Shown one piece after another: positions 28,012 to 41,639 of a stretch of DNA of 64,000 bases. Position 1 is the stretch's first letter. Each line of letters opens with the position of its first letter. This DNA comes from Haliotis rufescens (taxonomy: Eukaryota), in NCBI RefSeq assembly GCF_023055435.1, contig NW_025964112.1:434001-498000 (forward strand), written 5' to 3'. The notes below the pieces were generated by a model that saw only the letters and a list, made by a program, of their open reading frames with translations, had not been told where the DNA came from and ran no database searches. The translations under genes and the position numbers were made by a program.

Positions 28012-28949
28012 TACCAACGTTGAGAAACCATTTGTAAACAAACTGTACACCGAGGAAGATGCTTGTGTTCAAATAAAAGCAATCGTGGTTGTGAATTCTA
28101 AATCAAAGATTGTGATTTGCAAGAGAGGATTATTTTAAGATGGATTGAAGGACGTTCGTGGGCGATAACCAAATCTCAAAATACGTCCGTGTATGACTTT
28201 TTCATGCTCAAAATGTTTACATGTATATTTTCTGTGTGATCAATGTTTTACCTTTCTGCCGGTCATCAAAAGTAAACACGTGACTAAGAAGCGGGTAAAC
28301 GGGGAATATTTTCTTTCAGTGTGGGTACTCAAGTATTTTTAACGAAGATGCTGAATGTATGCAGCTAAGCTGTCATTGTATGCATTTCAAACGACGTCGT
28401 TGTTCCCCATCATTCATTCCATATTGGCGTTTTCGCTCCTTGTCAAGTTTAATCCTACTGCCAGTGTTTCCCGTCCCCCCTCTGTGATGTGATGTGGTGC
28501 ACTGCTTACAGAAAGCCATTGTTTATAATCCTTTTTGAGTTGTGTTGTGTAATCCTGCAGTTAACCAACCTATTTGTTGTTGGGCTTCCATCAGTGTGCG
28601 AGTCTGAAATGCTGTTTGTAATCCCGCCTTCTCATTCCCATGCACAGCTGGTTATTGACGCACATCACTCAGGTTGCTGTTAAAGTGTGTTACAGAGAAA
28701 TTGCCCACTCAAAATTATAACCGCAGGTGGCCAAATCGCCTGATGCATCGCATTGAACTTTGTTGAACATGAAAGCAAATGTTATCTGAAGTGTACTGAG
28801 AAAACAATATGTGAAATGCTGGACTTAACCGTAGATAACATCTACGTGACCTTTTGGGGATACGACATTTAGACAACAAGCAGGCAACGCTGAGGGCACC
28901 AATAGTGCACCAATAGTGCACCCCTCCTCTTCTGGTTCTTTATGCACAC

Positions 28950-29410
28950 GAATCGGAATTTCAGTATCAAAAAGAAGGGAATTTGACCAAGATGCTTAAC
29001 TTAAGCTAAACACATATCGATAATCTGATACCGTTTCAATAATGGCCAAATAGCCAATTCCTTTTCATTGATCTGCCCACCTGAACTAGATATATAAGAG
29101 ACCAGTGGTACAGCTTCATCCATTTGATATTTATACCAATGTATGACGATCCTTAGTGACAACAAATATTCACAAGACTGTATAACAAGAGGGATTACTT
29201 CAACTTTCCAATATTCAACTTTCATACCGAGCGATAGTCTAGCAGGTCTTTCCTCATGTGTCTACACAACTGTGTTCACAACTTTTGAGGTACATTTGAG
29301 CAAGCTCAAGATTTTAAAGAGCGTTTTTCTCAAAAGTTGCTTGATCAGGGTAACAACATCCAAGGCCTTACTTTTTTTGGTAGACATGTGAAGGACATTT
29401 CAAAATTGTC
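28950..29410 (+). mobile_element. Penelope-like RT relic
   Basis: HIDNLI...CPPELDI*ETS...TRLYNKRDYFNFPIFNF...QKLLDQG; homologous to 57430-58110. Confidence 0.7.
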
Positions 29411-32306
29411 CCCCTAAAATAGATCGAACTTGTGATACGCCACTCATTATTTTGGGTTGTGATTGTGTGTCTCAAAACCACTGCCTCGTGACAACACGTG
29501 CTGTGAGTCATGCCCCCATTATGGCTTCTCATAGTCTTAATTGTGTTTTCTGTCTCACCTAGGCCTCAAAATAGCAATGAATGTGTTGAAGCCTGAATGC
29601 AATTATTAATGTTGTGCTCGAAACACAAGATATCCGTAGCCTGAGCTTGAACATAGCTTGATTTGATTACCATATTCAAGCTAAAATCGGTTGGTTTTAA
29701 CAATATATTGTGAAATGAATGGGAATGTGGGCTACAATCTTAGTGTTGTAAAAACGTTGTTAAAAGGGACGGGATCTCTGTGCCTGAGTACTTTTATTGA
29801 TAAGTATTCTAGTACTTGTCTTTCTCAAGTAACCACGTGCCATTCGGCTTGACCCAATAATAGCTAAATATTAAATTTAATCAATACTTACCAAGTATTA
29901 GTATTTTCTGCATATTAATGACCAGGCAGTTTCAGCTATGACATTATCCATTGCATGACGTCAAGGCATTCATAGCACTTCAGATTGACGACACGTACAT
30001 GTCACAACAAAGGGAGCGCCATGGAAACTACTGATTTCTTTGGTATTTTAAAATGTTGATGTACTCAAGAGCGTACGCAAATCTGAAAACATATCTCCCG
30101 AGAGCCGTATTTAATAAACCCTCTTCAGCTGTTCCACATTATCATCTATTACAAATAAGATGCAACAAATCGAATATGTATATACTCTTTTATGTCTTGC
30201 ATACGCCTTTGTAATTTCAACTTAAGCTGTGATAAATATCAAAGTCATTTTTTCGTTTCTATTTGGGTCGAGATGTCTGTATATGTTTATACTCCAAGAT
30301 ACAAATTTTTGCTAAAAAGCTGGAGTGATATGACCCGTTCCACATGCATATGGAACAATGTTTCGTGGATTTAGAATTCACAAATCGGAAGAAAGACAGC
30401 ACGTTTGTAGCAATGCTATGTTTTTAGGTATAAAAGCCTAATGTTGCCACTTTGAGTATATTTATCGGGTTTTTTTCAATTATTTAATATGCTCTTTGGA
30501 AATTCGATTTTTTAAAAAATAAACATGAAATAACGAGAAACTTTTTGAAATAACAAGCAAATAATCAAAGTGACGATAAAAAATTCGAAATTTCGAGATT
30601 TTGAAAATTATTTATTGGGTCAATTTACTTACCTTTACTATGGTGACATGTAGTGTTAAACCCGTTGCAATGATTAGACAGTGAATCATAAACACATGGT
30701 TATGATAAAATAGGAATCCAAAATGGTGATGATGTAAAGGTTTTGGTGACTTACATTTGTCACTACATCAAGGATAGTTTAACATATCGGAGTTTATTTC
30801 TTAGAATCGTCCTGATTTGTGTTGAAAATTGTCAATGTTGTGGACATATGCTGTATTTAGCTCACAGCTTTAGAGCAAGACGTCACTTCCTGGCTTCTAG
30901 ATTTGTGTACACAGTTATAGTTGTATTTGCTGCAACAACTTATAAGTGCTATTTTAGAAGCCGAAGTAACAATGAAGGCACAGCCGTAGTAACAATGCTG
31001 ACACAGCATTTCACCTTCTTTATTCTGTCAATACGACGTTTCTTCACAGATGCTCGTACCTTTATCAAGGAAGTAATTACTCGCTTCATACATGCACTAG
31101 CATATGTACTTTCTAAGTTGACACCTATTGTATTGTATTAAGTACAATGGTCGCACCATTCTCTGGATATTTAGCAGATACAAATGTAGACATTTTTCAA
31201 TAGTTTTTATTAATCATCTAAATGACAATTTATATCTTTAAATCATTGTCAAACGCTGTGTTTAATCTAGGAATTCCCTACTGAGTGTAAGCTGTTCATA
31301 TAATTATACATTTTTGACAAATACATCAATCACCATGTAAGTTCGTTATTTGAAGTGCACATGGGTATAAGAGTTATTTAAACTACTGGTCATGTCCTCT
31401 GTTACCCTGCGTTCATGTTCAACGTCATACAAGTATTTGTCCACGTATGGTGCTTTTCACATGACAGATCGTGTCCCGACATACATATTTTAGATTCAAG
31501 ATAAATAATATATTGTCAACAGGTACTCATATATACTTCAGAATATTTATCCAATGTTATTTTATAATTTTATAAATAAATTGTATGGATATATTTATAT
31601 ATATAAATATATATATATATATCTCGCAGAAAACACATCATATGAACCTCTACAAAAGGCTTCTAAGTATATCGTCATCAAAATATATATGTACCTTTAG
31701 TTCTTCAAGTGGCATGAGGGGCGGTGGCACAGCGTATTGGTTAAAGCATTAGCCTGTAACGCCTAGGGCACGGGTTCGATTCCACACATAAGTATTCTTC
31801 TTCTGGAAATTCTTCTTTCCATGATATTTATTCAATGGTTCGAGGATAAGGAAGAAGTTGTGAAACAGTAACTGGAATTATATATATTCATTGACAAAAT
31901 AACGTTGTAAAGTCACACAAAAAATGTGAAAAACAATTAATCTACCGAACCAGTAATGTGAGGTTTGGCTTTGACCAATGGGATCTGTTTAGGCACTTAT
32001 TCGAGACTGATTATTCTCTAGCCTTGACGTGTTATATGAATGGAAAGCCCTTTGAATGGGAAAAAGTGGAATAAATTAATCAACATATGGTTAGTGCAGT
32101 TTGATTCTGTACTTCAGACTGTGTGACTTTCTGCCTTCACAATCTTCCAGTTCATCTTTCTATTGGTATGAAAAAATCCCTTATATTTTATAACATGAAT
32201 CACCGGGCTATTTTGTATTGTATTATCATTTGTATTATGAATAAACCATATAAAGCACACACACAGGGTCATTGTCTTATGTTAAAGGTTTTATTGGGAT
32301 TACTTC

Positions 32307-32572
32307 GGGCACGGGTGGCACAGCCGTCTAAGGCGCCGCAATTCGCAATTCAGAGTTGCTTCCCTTGGGTACGCAAGAAACCAATGATTGTGGGGTCGAA
32401 CCCCAGTTCCCCCGATTATGTTTCTAGGTTTGTCAGCACCATATGCGTGCCTATTGGTTTCACTACAGTGGTAAACGTCTGCGACCTGCATCGGCTTCCT
32501 ACCTTATTAAGCTGACATGCCGTGATGTAACTCGAATACTCTTAAATCGGCCTTAAACTCAACTCACTCACC
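32307..32572 (+). mobile_element. tRNA-derived SINE (Leu/Ser-like head), a fourth family
   Basis: GGTGGCACAGCCGTCTAAGGCGC A-box-like and GGGTCGAACCCC B-box-like sequences; tail GCCGTGATGTAACTCGAATACTC...TTAAACTCAACTCACTCA. Confidence 0.6.
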
Positions 32573-32831
32573 CGCATACACATGCATGCGTGCATGCACA
32601 GATACATACATACATCTGAAAGTATTGAATCGATATAGAACTGAGCCGATGTGTATCAACTTGAGCCAATTGTTGCGCATCTTGATGTTGCCGACTCAAG
32701 TGTAAAACAACGTTTATTGTCAATCCCAAATTGTTCACATCCATCTTAAGTATTTCTAATTGTACAACCATAAAACTGTTGAGTTCATAGGACACGAAAC
32801 ATATGCTTCATCCGCTGTTTACAATCACGGG

Positions 32832-32980
32832 AGGGCGGTGGGGTAGCATAGTGGTTAAAGCGTTCGCTCGTCACGCTGAAAACCCGGGTTCGATTCCCCA
32901 CATGAGCACAATGTGTGAAGCCCATTTCTGGTGTCGATGGCATATTACTAACATCGACGTAAAACCAGACCCATTCACTT
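32832..32980 (+). mobile_element. Short tRNA-derived SINE family C
   Basis: GGGCGGTGGGGTAGCATAGTGGTTAAAGCG...GGGTTCGATTCCCC head, TGTGTGAAGCCCATTTCTGGTGTC body, LINE-type tail. Related pieces at 31719-31790 (+), 47755-47906 (-) and 54500-54590 (+). Confidence 0.8.
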
Positions 32981-33965
32981 CAATCACAGGAATTTTTTTT
33001 GTCACGTTGTGAGTACAACCTTTAAATGATCATGTTTTTTCGGCCGTGAAAACATTTATGTGCTTCATAACGAATACATGACACTAAGCCCCTGATGCTG
33101 AGCTGGAGTAGGACTGAAGTTAACATGCTAATGTAAGTTGCTTGGAAAAAAATATATGTTCATAAACGCGCTTTTACAAAATGATAAGTAAGTCAGCTGT
33201 GCCTTTTCTATACTAAGCATGGGTATTCTAACAATATGTTCTTGCAACTCTACAGCAGTATGGTATATATAATTTTTACCAATGTTTTATACGCCATATG
33301 CAGAAATATTCCAGCAATTTCACTGCAGCTTGTAGATAATGGAGTTTGGGCCATACAAACCATTAGTTGACATAGCAGCCCAAGTCAATCAAGTCAATCA
33401 AGTCATCAACGCCGCCTACCCGATTCAATTTAGTTGCATCTTCCGACAAGCAGAGGAGGACCATCTTAATCCGGGTGCCAGTGCCACATTGGTTCAGGGA
33501 GTCGACAGAACCCATTATGTCCCGTTCTCTTTCAGTGAGACACATGTGATGTTTCTTATTAGCTATACATTGCTTTTGCATGAATACCCTTACCAGAAGG
33601 TCATACATGGCGTCGTCGCAGTTAGAAGGAAAGCTTTCAAAGACAGCTGAAGACCCGGGAAACCGTAAATGACTATTCACGGGAACGATCTAGCCATTTG
33701 CTAAGCAGGAGTCGATTTCCGTGCCTAATAAGAGAAATGTATGGGCATTTAGCGCTGTTATATAACATACAATAACTGATGGATATGTGTCCAGACAGCC
33801 ACACGAACTCATTTACCTCATGCTAACATACTGATACGCACAGCAGACAGATACATTCGTGCTGTATAGCCACCACGCTTTATAATAACCCTTTTCTTTT
33901 ACCTTCCAGGACGAATTCTGAATCATCAGCACTTTGTGACTTTGGAATGTGCTATTCTGTTGAAG

Positions 33966-34306
33966 GTGAGGTGAGGTGAAATTGGGTTTAAAGATGATTG
34001 CACTTATATCGCGACGTGCATGCACGTGTGTGTGTGTGGCTGCTTGTACTAGTCCGGACTGATGCCGATTTATAGTGCTAGCTCACTGAGATACCATGCC
34101 GCAGTTTAACATGAATACCCCACACAGACACAGTATACTGACTCCGAGCCGACCAGTCTTTGTTTTATCCCCTTAATGTCGAGCGCCAGACAGGGTAACA
34201 ACAAGTACCATCTTTTAACGTCTTTTGGTATGACGCGGCCGGGGATCGAACCCCGGACCTTCCGCTCTCCGGGCGGACGCTCTACCACAAGACCACGGAG
34301 GCGGCT
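33966..34306 (-). mobile_element. SINE family A, full length
   Basis: Near-identical to 4409-4757; TSD TATTCTGTTGAAG at 33953-33965 and 34307-34319. Confidence 0.9.
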
Positions 34307-36652
34307 TATTCTGTTGAAGAGACATCAAGTCAGGTGTTGTCACATTAATAGATTAGGAGAAAGAATGATTAAAAGTTTCGAAATGTGTAAAGTAAACTGT
34401 TCCCTTATAATCCGAGTAAGGACGGTTAAATCGAAAATAACTTTTCTAAAAAGTTAATTAATAATTAATATAAAAGGAACTAAAGTAGCCGATAACTAAC
34501 AAAATATACAGTAGCTTGCTGGTGGCAAAGGCGGTCCCCAGACAACCTATATTTGCCCTACAACCTCCGCAAGAGCCAATTCAATTACACCAATGCTACA
34601 GACCCCCTGTCACGTACGCGTCGTGTTGCCCCAGCTGCATCTCCCGCGACGGCGACGGCGACGGCGACACCAGAACCACGAGTTGTCCTGCAGAACGGAT
34701 TATGGCGTGTCTCCTCGTTAATATATTGTCAGCAGTGCCCTACCACACAGAGACAGAGATACATCTGAGGCTGCCTAGACGTGTCTAGACAGGGTTTACA
34801 CAACTCAGTGATCTTCTTGTCAGAAGGATTGATTTAGTTAGTCGGTAATATCACTTATATAACCCATCACATCGTCTACCACTTTGATCATTGTCGCTCA
34901 GGTTGCGAGAAGAACAATATACAACCTCATTTGCGTTATGTATCAAACAGCGTGATGTAGAATATCATATCTAAAAACACAATTAGGTGTTGTCTACTTC
35001 CTGTGTTCTTGCCCGGGTTCCGGTGTACAAAACTGGCTTACCGCTACGACTGTCGTAAGTCTGTGGTGAGGTATGGAAGTTACGCTCACCTTAGCGCTAA
35101 GATCGCTTTGTACAGCGGTACCCTGGCTGAAGCATTATGGTTTCCGTATCCTGGATCGGGGTTGTAGACGTAAATACATTGCCAGTACACAAGAAACTTG
35201 TATTTGATCAAAACATGTGTGTGTGTGTGAAGATTTTGTCCCCTAAAATGATTGCAAAATTAATTAATTATTCTTCAGACTTGTACATAAAGAAATTGCC
35301 TGCTACAAAAATGTCACAGGTTCAACAAATGGGTTTGTAGCCAAATGTCAAATGGTGTGTCTTTTATTTGGAACAGTTAGCTAATTGATGTTAGTTTCCT
35401 ATTTGTTTTATTCCCTAATGTCAGATAACTTGCGGATTCCCAGGTGTCCAATTGAAATGTCAAATGTATTTATTTGTTTCCAATTTACTGACGTATATCG
35501 TAACGATGTCCCAAAACATAAAAAAATGTTAAAAAGTTTGATATTTACTTAAAACTTGTACATCTAGTCTAAACAACAGACAAAAGACATCTCTCACTGA
35601 ACCTATTGGTATAATTTATTGACATGTTTGCTTCATGGTGAGGGAGTAGACATGTTTCTTATGCGGGTAAAATGGTCTTTAAAACTGATACAAAGCAAGC
35701 CTTTTTGCTTTAAGTTCAAATTGATGAAATATAACAGCACTTAAGTCCAAAAATATAATTTGAAGTGCATTCTAACTCACCACTTTCATGTCAATATTGA
35801 ATACTGACTTGGACGACTTGCTTGTATTTCACAGCTGCTTTTAATTATCAGAAATGAGGTCAAAACAGGAAAATCACATCGAGTGGCAGGGCAACAATCA
35901 ACGCCTCGGTCTGCGGACCTCCCTGTCCACGTGCTAGTCTGTAAATACACGAGACAGGACAGAAAGACAGCCCAGTATTGATTTTTATGGAATGGTTCGT
36001 GCCATTACTTACAAAGCACCAGGCATGACAACAATCTGCCATTAAAAAATTCACATTCCTGAGAGGGTAAAATCCGACATGTAAGAGCTTCAAGGAGATG
36101 AAGTACAAAAACACAAAACAAAATAGACGCCTTTGTAAAAAACGTTTTTACTGAAAATATATTTCACATCGTTTACCTTAATGACATAAATTATTGCCGA
36201 GGTGTAAAAAACAAACATTGTGTTGGAAGGGAAGTCTAAAGCAGCTGAAATACAAGATCAAAGATTGAATCTTCTCCGTGACAGTTAAGTATGGACGCGT
36301 ATAGAAAGAAATTGATTAATGAACCGGGTTGGCATAGTCAGTCACATCCTACGGTCTTTGATAACATTTTCGCGATTCCTTTCTTATCTGTAGTTTTTCA
36401 AATAATCCATTAAAGAAGAAGGATTATTTTACATTTCGACCCAACAGCGCATATTTGAACAGTGAATTCTTTTAGATCAGAGCCACTTGACATGAAAGAT
36501 CAGGTGCAACTTTACAGGCCGCCGTGGTATGTCGGGAGTACTGCTGCCCGGCGCCTGTATCAAACACTTACGTTTTACTTGCAACGATGTGTGCAGGTAA
36601 AACGTTGTTCCTGACAGGTGACCTCATTTGCATTTATCGATCGTGATACCAA

Positions 36653-37014
36653 GTGTTTGTTTGTTTGTTGTTTAACGCTACAATAACCAATATTCCAGCT
36701 ATATGACGGCGGTCTGTAAATAATGGAGTCTGGACCAAACAATCCACTGATTGACATCATGAGCATCGATCCACGCAATTGAGATGCGATGACATGCATC
36801 AACCAAGTCAGTGAGCTTGACCACCCGATCCCGTTAGTCGCCTTTTACGATAGCAAAGTCGCCTTTTACGGCAAGCATGGGTTCCTGAAGACCTATTCAA
36901 CCCAGGATTTTCACGGCAAGCATGGGTTGCTGAAGACCTACTCTACCCCGGGTCTTCACAGGCCGGCAAGCATATGTTGCTGAAGACCTATTCTACCCCG
37001 GATCTTCACGGGTC
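36653..37014 (-). mobile_element. tRNA-less SINE family B with a triplicated head module
   Basis: Starts GACCCGTGAAGATCCGGGGTAGAATAGGTCTTCAGC; body GGCGACTAACGGGATCGGGTGGTCA; tail CCGCCGTCATATAGCTGGAATATT...(AAAC)n; TSD TGATACCAA at 36644-36652 and 37015-37023. Confidence 0.88.
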
Positions 37015-38516
37015 TGATACCAAACGTACCATCGATAACACTTTCCCTCATACTTAAAATGTTGTTGGCACAAGCTATCCAAGAAACAACAGAATCGCCT
37101 TGCTCAAATATTACATATTTAAATTACTTATATAATATTCAAACATACAACATGGTGTAAAATAATAGCACAGTTTGCTTTGAAACCTATATACTTCCAA
37201 TATATATTTCACGCCCAAAATACTTCGTAATCTTCCTTTGGAGCATTTGAAGCACATTTCGGGACACTTAATATTTCTCAGAGATTTCTAAAATCAGTTT
37301 CAAACACGTCGAGGTCCAGCATCACCACGACAGCAAATGTTCCCCTAAGGTCTTGGATCAAGGCAACTTTCGTGCTGCTGGCCATCTAGTTTTTAGAAAA
37401 GATGCGGATTGGGGAACAAATCCAGCTACAAGGCAAAGGTAATTGGTTTGAGGTTGAATTCGTGTGACAATCATCTCTTGACGTGGCGGATTACCTCTTC
37501 CCTTCCAGACTTAACTGAAAATAACGTATTAGGAAAGCTCCACACGGGCAGAGTGGGTTAATCCCATTCCTGTCAGTATAAATCGACTTCCGAAGACCTG
37601 TACGGTAATGTCTATCGTAATATGAAAAGGACAAATCTATTTTGCTGACGTTTCATGCTTATTTTAATAAGCTTATAAGTCTTAGCATCTAAGGTTCCGA
37701 GCATTTGGTTTTTGTTTCAGAAAATAATTTGTTACATAAAAAGCTGGGGAAATGCCTAAGGTTTTACAAATCGATTCGCGGGGCTTCCAGAATGTCATGT
37801 AAATAGAACATCGTGCTATGAAAATAAAAACAATTGTTACCTTGAACCAGAGACCATCAACGTATTCTGTCTCTCGCAAAAACATCCCTTAGATAACCTC
37901 TCGCGTTATGCTGTATGTCAAGACCACAAATCTGAAGGTGTTTACATAAAAATGACGTATTCCTGAAATGCGTTTGATTACCACAATAAACCTCCACAGA
38001 TAATGCTATGATGTCATGACATATGCGTTTTTGTCACAGGATAATACCTTTGAACAAACGTTTATTAACCAACATTACATTCTGTGATGACCTGAAGGGG
38101 AACCCATGATGTTCACATCGTCAACGGAGCTTTCAAAAATGACACAATGAATATTGACAAGCATTTGTGTAAGTTAGCAACTTCACAAATAACACGATGC
38201 CAAGGTACCGTCCTTTTGGAAGGAGTAAACCCGAGTTATGTCGCTTTCGCAGCAAACTAAGATTCAAAGCCCTCAATTATGTTTTTAAGATAATTCTTTT
38301 TGTAGATTAAGGTAGATTTACCTCAATGACGCAAAACAATGTCTAAGTTTGACACAAGGCACTATGCAATTACCCCGTCTAGACCTAGACTGGAAATGTA
38401 CACCCTCATCGTCTCGCTGAAACTTGTTAACCTCGTCATTACGACTTTGACTTTGTCCAACACAACACAAGAACCACCCCTCACATGTGTCCCGTCAGAA
38501 TACTCCTAGTTTAATG

Positions 38517-38772
38517 AACCCGTGAAGATCCGGGGAAGACTAGGTCGCCAGCAACCCATGCTTACTGTTAAGGCGATAATGCTTGTCGTAGGAGGTGACT
38601 AACGGGATCGGGTGGTCAGGCTCGTTGACTTGGTTCATTCGTATTCCAATAACGTGGATCGATGTTCATGATGTCAGTCACTAGATTGTCTAGTCCAGAA
38701 TCGATTAATTACACACCGCCGTCATATAGCTGAAATAATGCTGAGTGCAGCGTTAATCAACAAACAAAAACA
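38517..38772 (+). mobile_element. SINE family B
   Basis: Head, body and tail match 36653-37014. Confidence 0.85.
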
Positions 38773-38909
38773 AAAAATCATTGATAATGCAGTGATTGAT
38801 TTCCATAACATTAGGTTAAAGAAAGCCAGAATTGTTTCACTAAACTATACCACTGATCTCGGCAGATAGCGGCTCTTTGAGATTGGAATCGAACTTGTAC
38901 ACGTATAAG

Positions 38910-38966
38910 GTGATATGAGGTGAAATAGGTTTAACGTTGCGTTCAAAATTATCTCACTTACATGGC

Positions 38967-39019
<53 letters not shown>

Positions 39020-39237
39020 TTGCTTGTACTAGTCCGGACAAATGCCAGTTATTCCAGAGATACCATGCTCCAGTTTCACATGGATACCCCGCCGTTGACG
39101 GTATAAGTCCTTGTTTTATCCCCGTAATGCCGAGCACCAGGCAGGATAACAACAAGTACCATCTTTTAACGTCTTTTGGTATGACGCAGGCGGGATCGAA
39201 CCAGACACTTTATCCACTCGACCACGGAGGCGGTTTT
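38910..39237 (-). mobile_element. SINE family A, internally deleted, with expanded (CA)n
   Basis: Core and tail match family A; imperfect TSD TACACGTATAAG/TACATGTATAAG. Confidence 0.8.
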
Positions 39238-40440
39238 TACATGTATAAGATTATCACATCGCACATATGATCCCTTTAAGCTCCAGACACTTCTGATACT
39301 AGATTCCTAACGAACGGTATATGCACTGGCGGTGTACCTGTTGCCCACAGATGTTAAACAATGTTGACAACAGCTTGAAATTATGTTTACATCATTGCTC
39401 ATGTCTTTTTCACTCGCATTTTTTGTATTATGCCCCAACCTGTAGAAATGTTGAAAATGTGATTATTGTCCAAATGTGTGTAAGCATCTATACCTAGAGT
39501 TAAGTTCGTTTAGATATTTCATATTGTCCATAAAGACGATGGGGCACACGTACCTGAGTCATTCAATGGCAAGGTATTCACTTTCATTTCTCAGTTGTCT
39601 TAACAACCTCAAGATACGGGTTCTGCAGGTGGTAGCTGAACATGTCGCCAAGATGCCATGCAGTAACCGACTTAATTATAAGTTCGAGAAACCAGTAATC
39701 AGAAACAGTTGAACAAATACCTGGTGACATGCCTACTCACATGGACAATGGTCCTTCTATCGATTTTTGACGTATCCTAACATATCACGTCGGCTCCAAA
39801 TCTATGTTAGGTTACGAAAGACTGCTTTGATCACACCACCTCAGTGATTCCTTAACACTGCCCCATGCCCGTACTTCCGGTGATTGCCTAGACGTAGCTG
39901 AAAAAAGGTTTATGATCGTTTCAAACGTCCTTAATCCTGGCAGTGAGGTGCATTGTGAAATAACCACATCAAAACAGAACAAAATAGACAAACACCTATT
40001 GTGAAGCTAAAATGATTGTTTCAGTTGATTGTATGAAGATTGCCCCCAGTGTTTTAATTGATTGGGTAAGACACGTCGGCCAAGGTGATTCGAGTCAACA
40101 TTTACATGAGTTCGAGTTTACATTTACCTCAGTTCGAATTTGAGGTCGAGTTACCCCTTAAGTGAATTCGAGTTCATGTTCACGTGTATTCAGAGCAAAA
40201 TGACAGGTATAAAAATGACATCTATGGAAAGTTAAGAATATCTATCTCTGCAGAACAACATCGTGGCTTTGGACAAAAGTCACTGTTGACAAAAATATTT
40301 ATTCCCAAATAAAATTGTCTGGATATTAGGTTTCCTCTATTCTGAGTAACTCGACTCCTTCATCAGACTGTTGGAAGACCTGAACATGAGCATAACAAGA
40401 TGTTCCAAAATATAAAAAAGCTAACTTGCTTGAAAGATGT

Positions 40441-41165
40441 CCTTACACTCCCAATGTCGTAAACACCTTACACTCCCAATGTCGTAAACACCTTACACTC
40501 CCAATGTCGTGAACACCTTACGCTCCCAATGTCGTAAACACCTTACTCTCCCAATGTCGTAAACACCTTACGCTCCCAATGTCGTAAACACCTTACACTC
40601 CCAATGTCGTAAACACCTTACACTCCCAATGTCGTGAACACCTTACACTCCCAATGTCGTAAACACCTTACACTCCCAATGTCGTGAACACCTTACACTC
40701 CCAATGTCGTAAACACCTTACTCTCCCCATGTCGTAAACACCTTACACTCCCAATGTCGTAAACACCTTACACTCCCCATGTCGTAAACACCTTACACTC
40801 CCAATGTGGTAAACACCTTACACTCCCCATGTCGTAAACACCTTACACTCCCAATGTGGTAAACACCTTACACTCCCAATGTCGTAAACACCTTACACTC
40901 CCAATGTCGTGAACACCTTACACTCCCAATGTCGTAAACACCTTACACTCCCAATGTCGTAAACACCATACGCTCCCCATGTCGTAAACACCTTACACTC
41001 CCAATGGCGTAAACACCTTACACTCCCAATGTCGTAAACACCTTACGCTCCCAATGTCGTAAACACCTTACACTCCCAATGTCGTAAACACTATACACTC
41101 CCAATGTCGTAAACACCTTACGCTCCCAATGTCGTAAACACCTTACACTCCCAATGTCGTAAACA
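40441..41165. repeat. 25-bp tandem repeat, about 29 copies
   Basis: Unit CCTTACACTCCCAATGTCGTAAACA. Confidence 0.96.
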
Positions 41166-41639
41166 CAGAATCACCCGAGGCGTTTTGTGTCTCAGCCAAA
41201 GTATCCAAAAGCACGGTCCACAAGAAGTGCCGTTTAATTCATCCTTAATTGAATAACAAACACTTCAAAGCCAGCTGAGGTTTTTGTATCACATCATTCA
41301 GTAGGTAGCCTAGAGCTGAAGTGTACACGAAAATAAAGCTTAATTACTGATTTAGTCGCTGAACGGAGTCGCCCAGACATGTAATGCTGCTTAAAGCTCT
41401 CTCAAGAGGAGTCTATTTACGGTACAGAGATTAACGGAGGATGATAAAAGTAATCTCACGTGCTTATTTGATCATAGCAACAGCAGGCGCTTGGCTACGT
41501 GGTGCTTGTACGTCGGTGTCGGATAGATGGATAAACAGATAGACAGACACATAGACATATAGACACAGATACATCGTCACAGGGAGGCAAACAACGGATG
41601 ACAGGTGGAGTCGGAAGTCCAAACACGAAACTCAAAACT

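Noticed and set aside
32832-32905. tRNA gene calls here and at SINE A heads
   Set aside because: tRNA-like heads run into SINE bodies and tails, several copies have TSDs, and the cloverleafs are imperfect.
40325-40375. Hammerhead-like CTGATGA-AGGAGT..ACTC on the minus strand
   Set aside because: The GAAA core reads GAAT and stems I and III cannot be formed convincingly; at best a relic.
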